NCBI GenBank assembly: GCA_002792635.1
Contig: PFOR01000009.1
Location: 1-52,232 of the forward strand
DNA from: Candidatus Pacearchaeota archaeon CG_4_10_14_0_2_um_filter_35_33
Lineage (GTDB): Archaea > Nanobdellota > Nanobdellia > Pacearchaeales > GW2011-AR1
Length of the DNA stretch: 52,232 nucleotides
Reading direction: 5' to 3'
Shown one piece after another: positions 10,180 through 19,672 of the stretch. Numbering within the stretch: the stretch's first letter is position 1; each line of letters starts with the position of its first letter. Made by a program: the position numbers and the translations under genes. A model generated the notes under the pieces. That model had not been told where the DNA came from. It searched no databases and worked only from the letters and a program-made list of their open reading frames with translations.

Positions 10180-10374
10180 AAAATAATAGAAATTGTTGTT
10201 GTATTTTTGTCTTGTGAGCCGCCGCCTTTTTTGCTTCTTTTTTCTTAAAAAGAAGATGGGGGAGTTCTGTTGTTTTCCAAAAAATCAGGCAACCGAAGAA
10301 TATTTAAAGATTGAAATTGTAATAATACTAATATGTTCCCCGGTATGGCTTCGGCAATGCCGGGCACTTATATT

Positions 10375-10560
10375 TTATTCTTTTATCTCATTGATTATAT
10401 TATCTACACAAAACGATTTATCACAAGTATGTTTTAAATAGTTTGAAGAAGTTGATTTGAAATAAGCATTAATTACCTTCTTCCCTAATTTTTGTGCTTT
10501 CTGAATTGCGGGCACAAAATCTTCATCTCCAGAAACAATTATTGCAGTATCGTAAAGATT
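10375..10560 (-). pseudogene. C-terminal fragment of a NYN (LabA/DUF88) PIN-like nuclease
   Basis: Manual translation NLYDTAIIVSGDEDFVPAIQKAQKLGKKVINAYF...LKHTCD; no start codon. Confidence 0.75.
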
Positions 10561-10711
10561 TTGTATTTACTTTATTCTTAATCTCAAAGTAAATAGTTTT
10601 TGTTCCAAACAAAATTTTTGAATTCTCTTTTATTACTTTCTCAAATTCTTCTTCTTTTTTAAATTCAGTTTCTACAAACTTTTCTCCATCCATAAAAATT
10701 GCTGATTTCAT
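10523..10711 (-). pseudogene. N-terminal fragment of a hypothetical protein joined out of frame to the NYN fragment
   Basis: 62-aa ORF; ATGA overlap with the upstream gene; runs into the NYN remnant. Confidence 0.5.
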
Positions 10712-11319
10712 CTCTTTTGGTAAGGCGTTCCTCCATTAAATTTTAGTATACTCTCAACTAATTCAAACTCTTCTGAATCTGTTTGTAACTGATGAATACT
10801 ATAATCATATTTTGGAAATTCTTCTGTTAATTTTTTTAACACATTCAGGAACGTATCAAAGTAACTAATTCTTTTTTTATTTGATGTAAACTGAATAGGT
10901 AAATGGTTTGTGACTTTTACAATCTTTTTAGACAAATCACTAAGGTTATTATTATCTTTAGTTTTTATTTTAGAGTTTAGATGAATATCTTTATTAGTAT
11001 GATGATTCCTATCAAAATCTAAAAATAGTTGGATAGTTTCCTTTGAATCTATAATAAAAAACTCCATCAATAATAATCTTTCATCTTTATTTCTTTTAAC
11101 ATCTTGTGTTATTCCTTGGTATTGAATAGAAAACCACCTTTTATTTTCCTTGAATAATAACACTTCAAAACTATTTTTATAAGAATCGTAAGGAGATATA
11201 TAAATTATTTTTCCATTTTCTTTTATAGGCATTACAATTTCATTTAACAAGTTATCCCTTATTTCATTAGGATGATATTTATTTCTTAAACTTATAATAA
11301 ACTCCCCATTAGCTTCCAT
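10708..11319 (-). CDS. hypothetical protein
   Basis: 203-aa ORF in operon-like spacing; no family recognised. Confidence 0.65.
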   Translation of the reverse strand: MEANGEFIISLRNKYHPNEIRDNLLNEIVMPIKENGKIIYISPYDSYKNSFEVLLFKENKRWFSIQYQGITQDVKRNKDERLLLMEFFIIDSKETIQLFLDFDRNHHTNKDIHLNSKIKTKDNNNLSDLSKKIVKVTNHLPIQFTSNKKRISYFDTFLNVLKKLTEEFPKYDYSIHQLQTDSEEFELVESILKFNGGTPYQKR

Positions 11320-11321
11320 TT

Positions 11322-12095
11322 TTAAACATCCATCTTTTCTTCTGCTACTTCCTTAATCTTGTTTTGGATTCTCTCTTTAAACTCCTTTCCAAACTCATCA
11401 AATATTTCTAAAACTTCTTCATATGTCCCTTTTCCGCCTAAAAGTTCCCAGAATTTTTCAGCAACATAAAGCTCTTTTTGTTCATCCAAATATCCCTGCA
11501 TTGTAAATCTGCTATACGGTTCTGGATGATATGGATTATAAGGAATTGCTAAAATTGTATTAACTTTCTTTTTTCTGAGTGCTACCTATTCTAGCAATTT
11601 TTGTTTTGATTTGACGAAAACATCTATATTGGGCTTTGCCGTTTTTATCTCAATATAATATTCTTCATCTCCTTTTCTTAAAAATAAATCAGCCCTGATT
11701 TTAATTCTTCTTCCGCCGTTATTCTTGCATTTTAGAATTTCTTTAATCTCTTGTTCTTTATTGGCTGTTCTTGTTCCATTCTTTATTTCCTGAAGAATTT
11801 GAGAAATTACAGAGTTTTCTTCATTTGTAATTTCTCCCTCAACATCATAACCTGTTCTTATTTTGTCATAATTAGTTGAAGCAACAATTTTAGAGATTTT
11901 TTCATAAACAGACATCCCCAATGTTGTGGCTAAAGAATGTATGAAAGAGTAAGAAGCAACTTTTTCGGCATCCTGCATCAATTTAACCAAAAAGGGCATA
12001 GCAGTTGTTTCTCTTGCATACTTAGACAGCTTGTCATCTAACTTTAATTTTAACAGATTCTTTATTTCTTTAATTTGGTTTTTATTCAATGTCAT
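11322..12095 (-). pseudogene. TdeIII/MjaII-like type II restriction endonuclease, internal TAG at 11586-11588
   Basis: SFIHSLATTLGMSVYE, ADLFL..YYIEIKTAKPN, KLLE*VAL..AIPYNPYHPEPY..FWELLGGKGTYEE in one frame. Confidence 0.8.
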
Positions 12096-12185
12096 ATCAT
12101 AGGAAGATTGTCTTTTATTTATAAATACTCTGATTTCTGCGTAGCAGACCATTTATCCGAAGGATTAGGAACCCCCTAATAAATA

Positions 12186-12326
12186 GAAAAATTTTGGAGA
12201 GTGAACCGAACTATTTAATCATTGTTAGACAGAATTTTCAGCAGAAAATTTGTTTCCGTTTTCGTTAGTCGGATAAAAGAAGTTTTTCTCTATTGTTGAA
12301 AACAAAAGCTATTTGTTCGAAGGACT
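12186..12326 (-). repeat. cassette-leader repeat, copy B
   Basis: Reverse-complement homologue of 2269-2405. Confidence 0.8.
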
Positions 12327-12407
12327 GCGGGCAATCTCTCAAAATTATATGGTCGTCGCCCCCCCCCCAGAAAAATTAAAATTTTGACGAAGCCAAGCAA
12401 CAATGTA

Positions 12408-13865
12408 CTACTCTATCCCCTGTGCCTTCTGTAGCTTCCCGGAATAATCAAAATAAACTGCTTTTGTTTCCGAGAATTCATTAATTCCTTCAATACCTGC
12501 CTCTCTTGTTCCGTTTCCCGTACCTTTAACTCCCCCAAACGGAAGATGAACTTCAGCCCCGATTGTTGATGAATTAATATATGTAATTCCAGTCTCACCT
12601 TTATTTATAACATCAAAGGCCGTTTTCATATCCCTTGTATAAACTGCGTTTGATAGTCCATAATCAACATCATTTGCAATTTTGGTTGCTTCATCCATAT
12701 TTTTAGCTTCTATTATAGAAACAATAGGTCCGAATATTTCCTCCTGACATATTTTCATTTCACTCTTGCAATTAGTAAAAATTGTAGGTTCAAAGAAATA
12801 GCCCTTGCCTTTTATTTTCCTCGCCTTTCCTCCATGAAGAAGTCTGGATCCCTCTTCTTTACCAATAGAAACATAACTTGCCGACTTCTTAACAGCAGTT
12901 TCGTTAATTAAAGGCCCAATATCTGCCGTCAATCCAGAACCTAGTTTCAATTTCCTTACTCTTTTAACTAACATATCTTCAAATTTCTTTTTAATATTCT
13001 TATGTACCACGACTCTTGAAGATGCTGTACATCTCTGTCCTGTTGTTCCAAAAGCACCCCATATCACGCCCTCAACTGCCAATTCCAAATCGACGTCTTT
13101 ATCCACAATAATCACATTCTTTCCGCCTAACTCCAGACCAACTTTCTTAATTCCGGCTTTTTTCAGTATCAATTCCCCTATTTTCTTGCTTCCCGTAAAA
13201 GAGATAGCCCGAACATCAGGATTTGTAATCATTTCATCACCCACATCCTTTCCAGAACCTGTTACAAGATTAAAGACGCCCTTGGGCAATCCTGATTTCT
13301 CAATTATTTTTGCCAGCTCTATCGCGCAAAGGGGTGTATCCGATGAGGGCTTAAAGACGATTGTATTCCCACAGATTAATGCAGGAGCAATTTTCCAGGC
13401 AGGTATCGCAATAGGAAAATTCCATGGAGTTATTAGGCAACAGACGCCAACAGGATTTCTAACAGTCATGGCAAACTTATCTGGAAGTTCTGATTTTGTT
13501 GTATATCCGAAAAGTCTTCTTCCCTCTCCAGCCATATACTCAAAAATGTCAATGGCCTCCTGAACATCCCCTCTTGTTTCTTTCAAAACTTTTCCCATCT
13601 CTTTAACCTCTATCTTAGCAAGTCTTTCCTTTTCTTTAATCAAACAATCTCTTATTTTCCACAAATATTTCGCTCTTTCAGGAGCAGGCATATCTCTCCA
13701 TACAGGAAAGGCCTTTTTTGCGGACTTAATGGCTTTCTTAACATCAATTTTATCTGACTTCTGAAATTTCCCCACCCCTTGCTCTGTAGCAGGATTCAGG
13801 CTGTCAAAAGTCTTTTTAGAATCAGAAGACAACCATTTTCCGTTAATATAATTTTTATACACCAT
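12408..13865 (-). CDS. NAD(P)-dependent aldehyde dehydrogenase
   Basis: ITPWNFP, FTGS, LELGGKN, GQRCTA, EEIFGP. Confidence 0.95.
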   Translation of the reverse strand: MVYKNYINGKWLSSDSKKTFDSLNPATEQGVGKFQKSDKIDVKKAIKSAKKAFPVWRDMPAPERAKYLWKIRDCLIKEKERLAKIEVKEMGKVLKETRGDVQEAIDIFEYMAGEGRRLFGYTTKSELPDKFAMTVRNPVGVCCLITPWNFPIAIPAWKIAPALICGNTIVFKPSSDTPLCAIELAKIIEKSGLPKGVFNLVTGSGKDVGDEMITNPDVRAISFTGSKKIGELILKKAGIKKVGLELGGKNVIIVDKDVDLELAVEGVIWGAFGTTGQRCTASSRVVVHKNIKKKFEDMLVKRVRKLKLGSGLTADIGPLINETAVKKSASYVSIGKEEGSRLLHGGKARKIKGKGYFFEPTIFTNCKSEMKICQEEIFGPIVSIIEAKNMDEATKIANDVDYGLSNAVYTRDMKTAFDVINKGETGITYINSSTIGAEVHLPFGGVKGTGNGTREAGIEGINEFSETKAVYFDYSGKLQKAQGIE

Positions 13866-13906
13866 CTTTTTCCTAAAAAGATGCTTTAATTTATAAATTT
13901 TATGAA

Positions 13907-14752
13907 TTATAAGCTTCCAATTACTTCAGCAATTGCCCTAGAAACTAAATGTCCTGTATGCTCTTGAATGTCATGCTTTGGACTCACCTCAACAATATCC
14001 ATCCCTATCAAGCCAAGTCCCGTAATCTTTTTTATCAGATACAAAAATTCCTCTGATGACAGCCCTCCCGGAACAGGCGTATCAACGCCTGGAGCAAATG
14101 CGGGATCCACAACATCCATATCAATCGACAAATAAACCTTGCATTTTCCAACTCTTCTCTTTATTTTTTGAAATACCTTTTTTATTCCTATTTCTTGAAT
14201 ATCAAAGGGAGTGATGGTCATCATATGTTTTGACTTCAGGTTTTCAATCTCTTCTCTTTCGGGGGCTCTTGTTCCAACTTCAATGCTTTTCTTTTCATTA
14301 AAATTCTCCAGTTTTCCTATATCACAAATAACACTCCCATAATAACTATCCTCCGCGCACCTTATGTCTGGATGAGCATCAAAATACACCAATGATATAT
14401 TTTTCTTACAGTCATTAACTCCTTTCATTACTTCTGTTGTAACACTATGGTCCCCTCCAATAACGATGGGTATCTTTTCAGATTTTAATATTCCCAAGAT
14501 TTGTCTTCTTAAGGTGTTCTTCTTTAAATTTCCTAAATCATGTACTTTCTTTCTTATCACACCAGATGAAGATTCAGTTTTTCTACCTTTTTTCTTATCA
14601 AATACCTCTTCCTGATTTGATATATTTCTTATATAATCTGGTGCTTTAGAGACCTCATTTTTCCTTTTGCTTTTGCTTCCTGAAGAGTCAGGCACTCCAA
14701 GTAAGATTATCTCTGCATCTTTTATTTTTGAGTTGTGTAAAAAGAATTTCAT
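13907..14752 (-). CDS. ureohydrolase (agmatinase/arginase family)
   Basis: GGDHS, DAHPD and SIDMDVVDPAFAPG metal-binding motifs. Confidence 0.88.
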   Translation of the reverse strand: MKFFLHNSKIKDAEIILLGVPDSSGSKSKRKNEVSKAPDYIRNISNQEEVFDKKKGRKTESSSGVIRKKVHDLGNLKKNTLRRQILGILKSEKIPIVIGGDHSVTTEVMKGVNDCKKNISLVYFDAHPDIRCAEDSYYGSVICDIGKLENFNEKKSIEVGTRAPEREEIENLKSKHMMTITPFDIQEIGIKKVFQKIKRRVGKCKVYLSIDMDVVDPAFAPGVDTPVPGGLSSEEFLYLIKKITGLGLIGMDIVEVSPKHDIQEHTGHLVSRAIAEVIGSL

Positions 14753-15654
14753 GTTTTTACTCCCAAACATTTCAACAAAACCGCCTTTTCGCTCCACATC
14801 CTGTTCTCTGCCTGCTGATAAACTACACTTCTTTTAGAATCAATCACGTCATCTGTAACTTCATGCCCTCTTTTTGCAGGAAGACAATGCATAAATATTG
14901 CTTTTTTATTAATATTAAATATCTTACCATTAACTTGATATGGCTTTAGCATCTTGATTCTTTTTTTCTCCTGCGATTTAGGAACCTGGTATGACATCCA
15001 TGTATCAGTATAAATCACATCAGCATCCTTAACAGCTTTTTTAGGGTCTTTAATATATTTGTATTTACCTTTCGCAATCACTTTTGGATTTGGCAAGTAC
15101 TCTTTCTTATCTGGAGATGAAATAATGATTTCTGTTCCAGTTCTATTTCCTTCCAATATCAAAGAGTGAACAACATTATTATTCGCATCCCCAAGAAAAG
15201 CAATTTTCTTTTTTTGGAATCCGCCAAGCTTCTCTTTTATAGTTAAAAAATCTCCCAAAACCTGGCACGGATGATAATAATTTGTTAAACCATTTATTAC
15301 AGGGACATCAGCATACTTAGCAATCTCTTCAATCTGCTTATGCTCATACAACCTTGCCATAATCACATCACTATATCTAGCAATAACTTTTGAAAAATCC
15401 TTGATAGATTCTTTCTTTCCCAATGTGCTATGTGATAAATCATAAAATATTGCATGCCCTCCTAACTGATACATCGCAATATCAAACGACAAATACGTTC
15501 TTAAGGAAGGTTTGGCAAACAACATTAATAATGTCTTACCATTAAGAACATTAACAGTTTTCCTATTTCTCTTCAACTTCTCAGCCCTTATTATAACATC
15601 ACTTATATCACTCTTTTTCCAATCTTCCAAGGATAAAAGGTCTCTTTTTTTCAT
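14749..15654 (-). CDS. argF: ornithine carbamoyltransferase family protein
   Basis: KPSLRT, HPCQ, HCLP, QAENR. Confidence 0.88.
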   Translation of the reverse strand: MKKRDLLSLEDWKKSDISDVIIRAEKLKRNRKTVNVLNGKTLLMLFAKPSLRTYLSFDIAMYQLGGHAIFYDLSHSTLGKKESIKDFSKVIARYSDVIMARLYEHKQIEEIAKYADVPVINGLTNYYHPCQVLGDFLTIKEKLGGFQKKKIAFLGDANNNVVHSLILEGNRTGTEIIISSPDKKEYLPNPKVIAKGKYKYIKDPKKAVKDADVIYTDTWMSYQVPKSQEKKRIKMLKPYQVNGKIFNINKKAIFMHCLPAKRGHEVTDDVIDSKRSVVYQQAENRMWSEKAVLLKCLGVKT

Positions 15655-16535
15655 TTCACTATCTCCGTACCTTTACTAATATCAAAACCACTTATTATAA
15701 CTTTCTTTCCACCTTTTTCCAAAAACCTGATAGCAGATTCAACTTTAGGCCCCATACTTCCCGCAGGAAATTGCTCTTCCTTGTAATATTTTTTTATTTC
15801 CTTTAACTTTATCTTCCCCAGATGACGTTGTCCTTTCTTATTGTAATTGTAATAAACCCCATTAGTATCCGTAATCATAATTAATTGGTCTGCTTTTATG
15901 GATGTAGCGAGGCATTGTGAAGCCCTGTCTTTATCTATCACAGCTTCAACACCATCTAATCCTCTTGCCATTTTCACAACAGGAATCCCTCCGCCTCCAG
16001 CAGCAATTACAATTGCATTGTCATCCAAAATATCATCGATTATCTTTGTTTCAATAACTTTTATAGGTTTAGGGCTCGGAACAACCCTTCTATAACCACG
16101 ATTAGAATCTTTCTTAATAATAAATTTCTTTCCTAGTTTCTTAGCTTCTCTTGCATTATAAAATGACCCAACGAATTTTGTTGGATTTCGGAAAGCAGAA
16201 TCTTTCTTATCCACAAGAACCTGTGTAAGAACTGTAACAACTTCTTTCTTCTCTTTAAACAAATTATGTAAATTTTGTTGTATTAAATAGCCAATCTGCC
16301 CTTCTGTCTCAGCATCTATCACATCCAAAGGCATCTTTATTCCAGCTTTCTCCTGTTGTAATAATAAATATCCAGCCTGAGGCCCATTCCCATGTGTAAT
16401 CACAACTTTATTCTTTTTAATAATAGGAAATAACTTTTTCATGGCCCTTTCAGTATTCATTTCCTGAGTTTCAATGCTAGGCCTCTCGCCCTTTTTTAAC
16501 AAGGCATTCCCTCCAAGTGCTATTACAACTTTCAT
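15651..16535 (-). CDS. arcC: carbamate kinase
   Basis: ALGGNAL, THGNGPQ, RRVVPSPKP, EAVIDKD, GSMGPKV. Confidence 0.95.
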   Translation of the reverse strand: MKVVIALGGNALLKKGERPSIETQEMNTERAMKKLFPIIKKNKVVITHGNGPQAGYLLLQQEKAGIKMPLDVIDAETEGQIGYLIQQNLHNLFKEKKEVVTVLTQVLVDKKDSAFRNPTKFVGSFYNAREAKKLGKKFIIKKDSNRGYRRVVPSPKPIKVIETKIIDDILDDNAIVIAAGGGGIPVVKMARGLDGVEAVIDKDRASQCLATSIKADQLIMITDTNGVYYNYNKKGQRHLGKIKLKEIKKYYKEEQFPAGSMGPKVESAIRFLEKGGKKVIISGFDISKGTEIVK

Positions 16536-17680
16536 ATCACTTTCTCCATTCTTTTCAATGCTTTTTCAATCAATTCATATTTAGTTGCAAAACTCATCCT
16601 AACATAACCTTCTCCGTATTTCCCGAACTCTGTCCCAGGAATAACAGCTACTTTTGCCTTCTTCATCAACATATCAGAAAACTTCACACTGTTTTTTCCA
16701 TTAATGTTAGCAAACGCGTAAAAAGCACCTTCAGGCATCACAGTTTTTAATCCCATGTCATTTAATCTTGGAACAATCATATCTCTTCTTCTCTTATATT
16801 CTTTTACCATGCAATTAATATATTTATCAGGTAGGGAAAGTGCTTTTATTCCCATTAACTGCGAAATAGATGGAGGAGCAAGAGTCATGTAAAAGTTTGC
16901 CTGATTTATTTCATTAAGTAATTTGTCTCCCGTTGTTAAATACCCAAGTCTGAAACCACACATCGCATACTCTTTAGAAAATGTTTGAAATGTAATGACG
17001 TGATTATCTAATCCGTTTAAACTTCCAATAGATATATGCTTCTTATTGTAAGTTATTTTCTCATATGCCTCATCCGCCAATATTATCAAATCTTTATCAA
17101 CTGCAATATCGGCAATCTCCTCTAGTATCTTCTTCCCTAAAACATTTCCGGTTGGATTGCTTGGTGTATTAATTATTATGGCTCTTGTTTTTTTACCAAT
17201 CAATTTTTTTAATCTATCTGGATTTATATTCCAGGAATCCTCCTCATCCAATTTCAACAATTTTGGAACCCCATTTACCAACTTAATAATAGGGATATAA
17301 CTAATAAAACCAGGACTAGGAACAATTACCTCTTCTTTTTTGTCTACCAAAGTCAAAAGAGTAGCAAAAATTGCTTCCTCACTTCCACAAGAAACCATAA
17401 TATTGTCTTCGTTGGTTTTAATCTTATTTTCTTTTCTTAACTTTTGAGCAATTTTTTTTCTTAATTCCAACATCCCTTGTGGCTCAGAATAGCGTGTTCC
17501 TTTTCCTTGCTTCAATAATTTAGAACCATAATTCAATATCCTTTTATCCGGCAAAAAGTCTGGCTCTCCAGGCCCTAAACTTATTATCTTATTATCTTTA
17601 TCAATCGTTTTTTTAATTCTTGGAAATTCAAGTTGTGGGAGATTTAAATCCCTATCTGATAAATGTTTCAATAAGTCCAT
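16532..17680 (-). CDS. class I/II PLP aminotransferase (aspartate aminotransferase-like)
   Basis: GEPDF, NTPSNPTG, DEAYE, FSKEYAMCGFRLG; GAGGTG SD before ATG17680. Confidence 0.92.
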   Translation of the reverse strand: MDLLKHLSDRDLNLPQLEFPRIKKTIDKDNKIISLGPGEPDFLPDKRILNYGSKLLKQGKGTRYSEPQGMLELRKKIAQKLRKENKIKTNEDNIMVSCGSEEAIFATLLTLVDKKEEVIVPSPGFISYIPIIKLVNGVPKLLKLDEEDSWNINPDRLKKLIGKKTRAIIINTPSNPTGNVLGKKILEEIADIAVDKDLIILADEAYEKITYNKKHISIGSLNGLDNHVITFQTFSKEYAMCGFRLGYLTTGDKLLNEINQANFYMTLAPPSISQLMGIKALSLPDKYINCMVKEYKRRRDMIVPRLNDMGLKTVMPEGAFYAFANINGKNSVKFSDMLMKKAKVAVIPGTEFGKYGEGYVRMSFATKYELIEKALKRMEKVI

Positions 17681-17870
17681 GTTCACCTCAATCAAAACAA
17701 CAAATTAAACTTTTTAAATCATTCCAGAATAACAAACCTGTCATCTTTTAGTTTTATCAGATAATGCAATAAAACCTAGAACAATAAACACAATAACAAC
17801 AATAATCGTCCAAGTTGTTTTGGAATTCCTTGCAATTCCAGGGAAAAATCTTTTGGGTTATATAAATTTT

Positions 17871-18338
17871 CTAATCCTTTTTCATCCAACCAGAATTAAT
17901 CTTCTTTGTTATCTTCTCGATTTCAGGACTAAATTTAGAGTTCCAGAACTTCAGGGATTTCTGGAAAAACTCTTTTTCCAGCTCCTTATTTTTAGAAATC
18001 CCGACGTGAATATTCAAACTAACAAAAGACATAGATTCAGATATCAAACTATTCAGAGCTTTTTTATCATCATCATGCAACATCCTAGATTCATTCATCA
18101 AAATCATATTCCCCGGAGCAGTAAAAAGTAGATTATGCAAATACTGATTCCAATTCATTAATGTTTCAGCAACCTTGCTGGCTAACTGCCTGGATAAGTT
18201 ATTAGAGACAAAACCATCTTGCATTACTTGATCCCTGACAAAAAAAGCCTCATCCAGTTCATCCAGTTCAACCCCAATTTCCTGTTTAATCTTGTCAAAA
18301 TCATCATCCAATTGTTTCAATAAATCTTTCTTATCCAT
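17871..18338 (-). CDS. hypothetical protein
   Basis: 155-aa ORF with an upstream TATA box. Confidence 0.75.
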   Translation of the reverse strand: MDKKDLLKQLDDDFDKIKQEIGVELDELDEAFFVRDQVMQDGFVSNNLSRQLASKVAETLMNWNQYLHNLLFTAPGNMILMNESRMLHDDDKKALNSLISESMSFVSLNIHVGISKNKELEKEFFQKSLKFWNSKFSPEIEKITKKINSGWMKKD

Positions 18339-18377
18339 AAATCTACTTCCTTAGTGAGTATATAAATTTAATCAAAT

Positions 18378-18743
18378 TTAAGGGACGCATCCTGTTTTCT
18401 GGCTCAACTGAGCAATTGTCACCTCACCACTAATCCTGCTACTATCCGCAAACTCCCATGTAGGGTATCCGGATATTCCTGCCTGCTGACATTCTAATGT
18501 CTGACCATCCCCACCAGGCGTAGAACATTCAATATAATTTATATTACTCCATGAGGTCCCAAACATTTTCTTTTGATTGGTGCAATGAGAACACCAAAAA
18601 GCACCATACATTTTAGCTCCAGAGTCTGTTAGGCACTGAGCAAATTCATCGTAATCTCCAGAAGCCTTAGGTAACATCAAATAAATCGCCCCAATCAGAA
18701 TTATAACCAATACTATACCTAAAACAATATTTCTATTTTTCAT
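18378..18743 (-). CDS. membrane-anchored thioredoxin-like protein
   Basis: N-terminal TM segment; MYGAFWCSHC; GYPTW. Confidence 0.8.
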   Translation of the reverse strand: MKNRNIVLGIVLVIILIGAIYLMLPKASGDYDEFAQCLTDSGAKMYGAFWCSHCTNQKKMFGTSWSNINYIECSTPGGDGQTLECQQAGISGYPTWEFADSSRISGEVTIAQLSQKTGCVP

Positions 18744-18756
18744 TTTACAAAATTAT

Positions 18757-19581
18757 TTACCTTGGCCTGGCCTTGTTCAACGGTTTAAACCCTGTCCAGT
18801 TATTCTCAAACATTTGTTTCATAGAAGAAGCTAAAAAATTACTTGATAACCAAACAGCCGTATCATAGCTTGGATGCACACTCTTGTCATCCAATAGCAT
18901 TAGCATCATTTCCTTGTTATCTATCAATGCAAATCTTCCATTGTTTTTCCCATCAACACTTCTAACCTCTGCAAATTTAGAAAGTTCTTTTGCAACTTTA
19001 TAATTATCCTTATTTATAGGCGCAGCAACCCTTACCTTAACACCCCTCTTTTTTGCCCTCTCAAACTCAGGCAATAAAGATTCCATCTTTCTATTAAGTC
19101 CTTCAGCGCTTGTAACAATAACAGCCTCTTTGTTAGCGTTCTTCAACATCATGTCCAGATGATTGTACATGTTTTGTCTGCCTTTCAAACTTCCAGACAA
19201 ATCAGATGGTTCAACATACTTAACACCATTACTATATAAACCAGACAACTCTTCCAAAACCTCATCACCTTTCAGTTTATCAAGTCTCTTAGATTTTTCA
19301 TTCGCTTCAACAACCAAATTTTTCTTAACCCTCTCCACAACCTCTTCAGGTTTCAATGCAATAAACTTAATTGGCTTTCCAATCTTCATCACAATAAAGC
19401 CCTTCTTCTCCAAAGATTCCAAGATATCATACGTCCTTGAACGAGGAACATCTGAAATGTTGCTCAACTCTCCAGCTGTAGAAACACCCCTGGATAATAA
19501 AGAAGTCCAAACTTTTACCTCATACAAATTAAGATCAAATATTTTTCTCAACCTACTCAAAAATTCTTCGCTTACTATCAT
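18757..19581 (-). CDS. TrmB family transcriptional regulator
   Basis: LNLYEVKVW..LL..G.STAGELS..SDVPRSRTYDILESLEKKG. Confidence 0.9.
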   Translation of the reverse strand: MIVSEEFLSRLRKIFDLNLYEVKVWTSLLSRGVSTAGELSNISDVPRSRTYDILESLEKKGFIVMKIGKPIKFIALKPEEVVERVKKNLVVEANEKSKRLDKLKGDEVLEELSGLYSNGVKYVEPSDLSGSLKGRQNMYNHLDMMLKNANKEAVIVTSAEGLNRKMESLLPEFERAKKRGVKVRVAAPINKDNYKVAKELSKFAEVRSVDGKNNGRFALIDNKEMMLMLLDDKSVHPSYDTAVWLSSNFLASSMKQMFENNWTGFKPLNKARPR

Positions 19582-19672
19582 TTAGCACACCCTATATTCT
19601 ATTGAATATTATCTGGTATTTAAATGTTTTCCACAATACCCCTTAAGAATTACGAATATAAGTTTGTTACTA

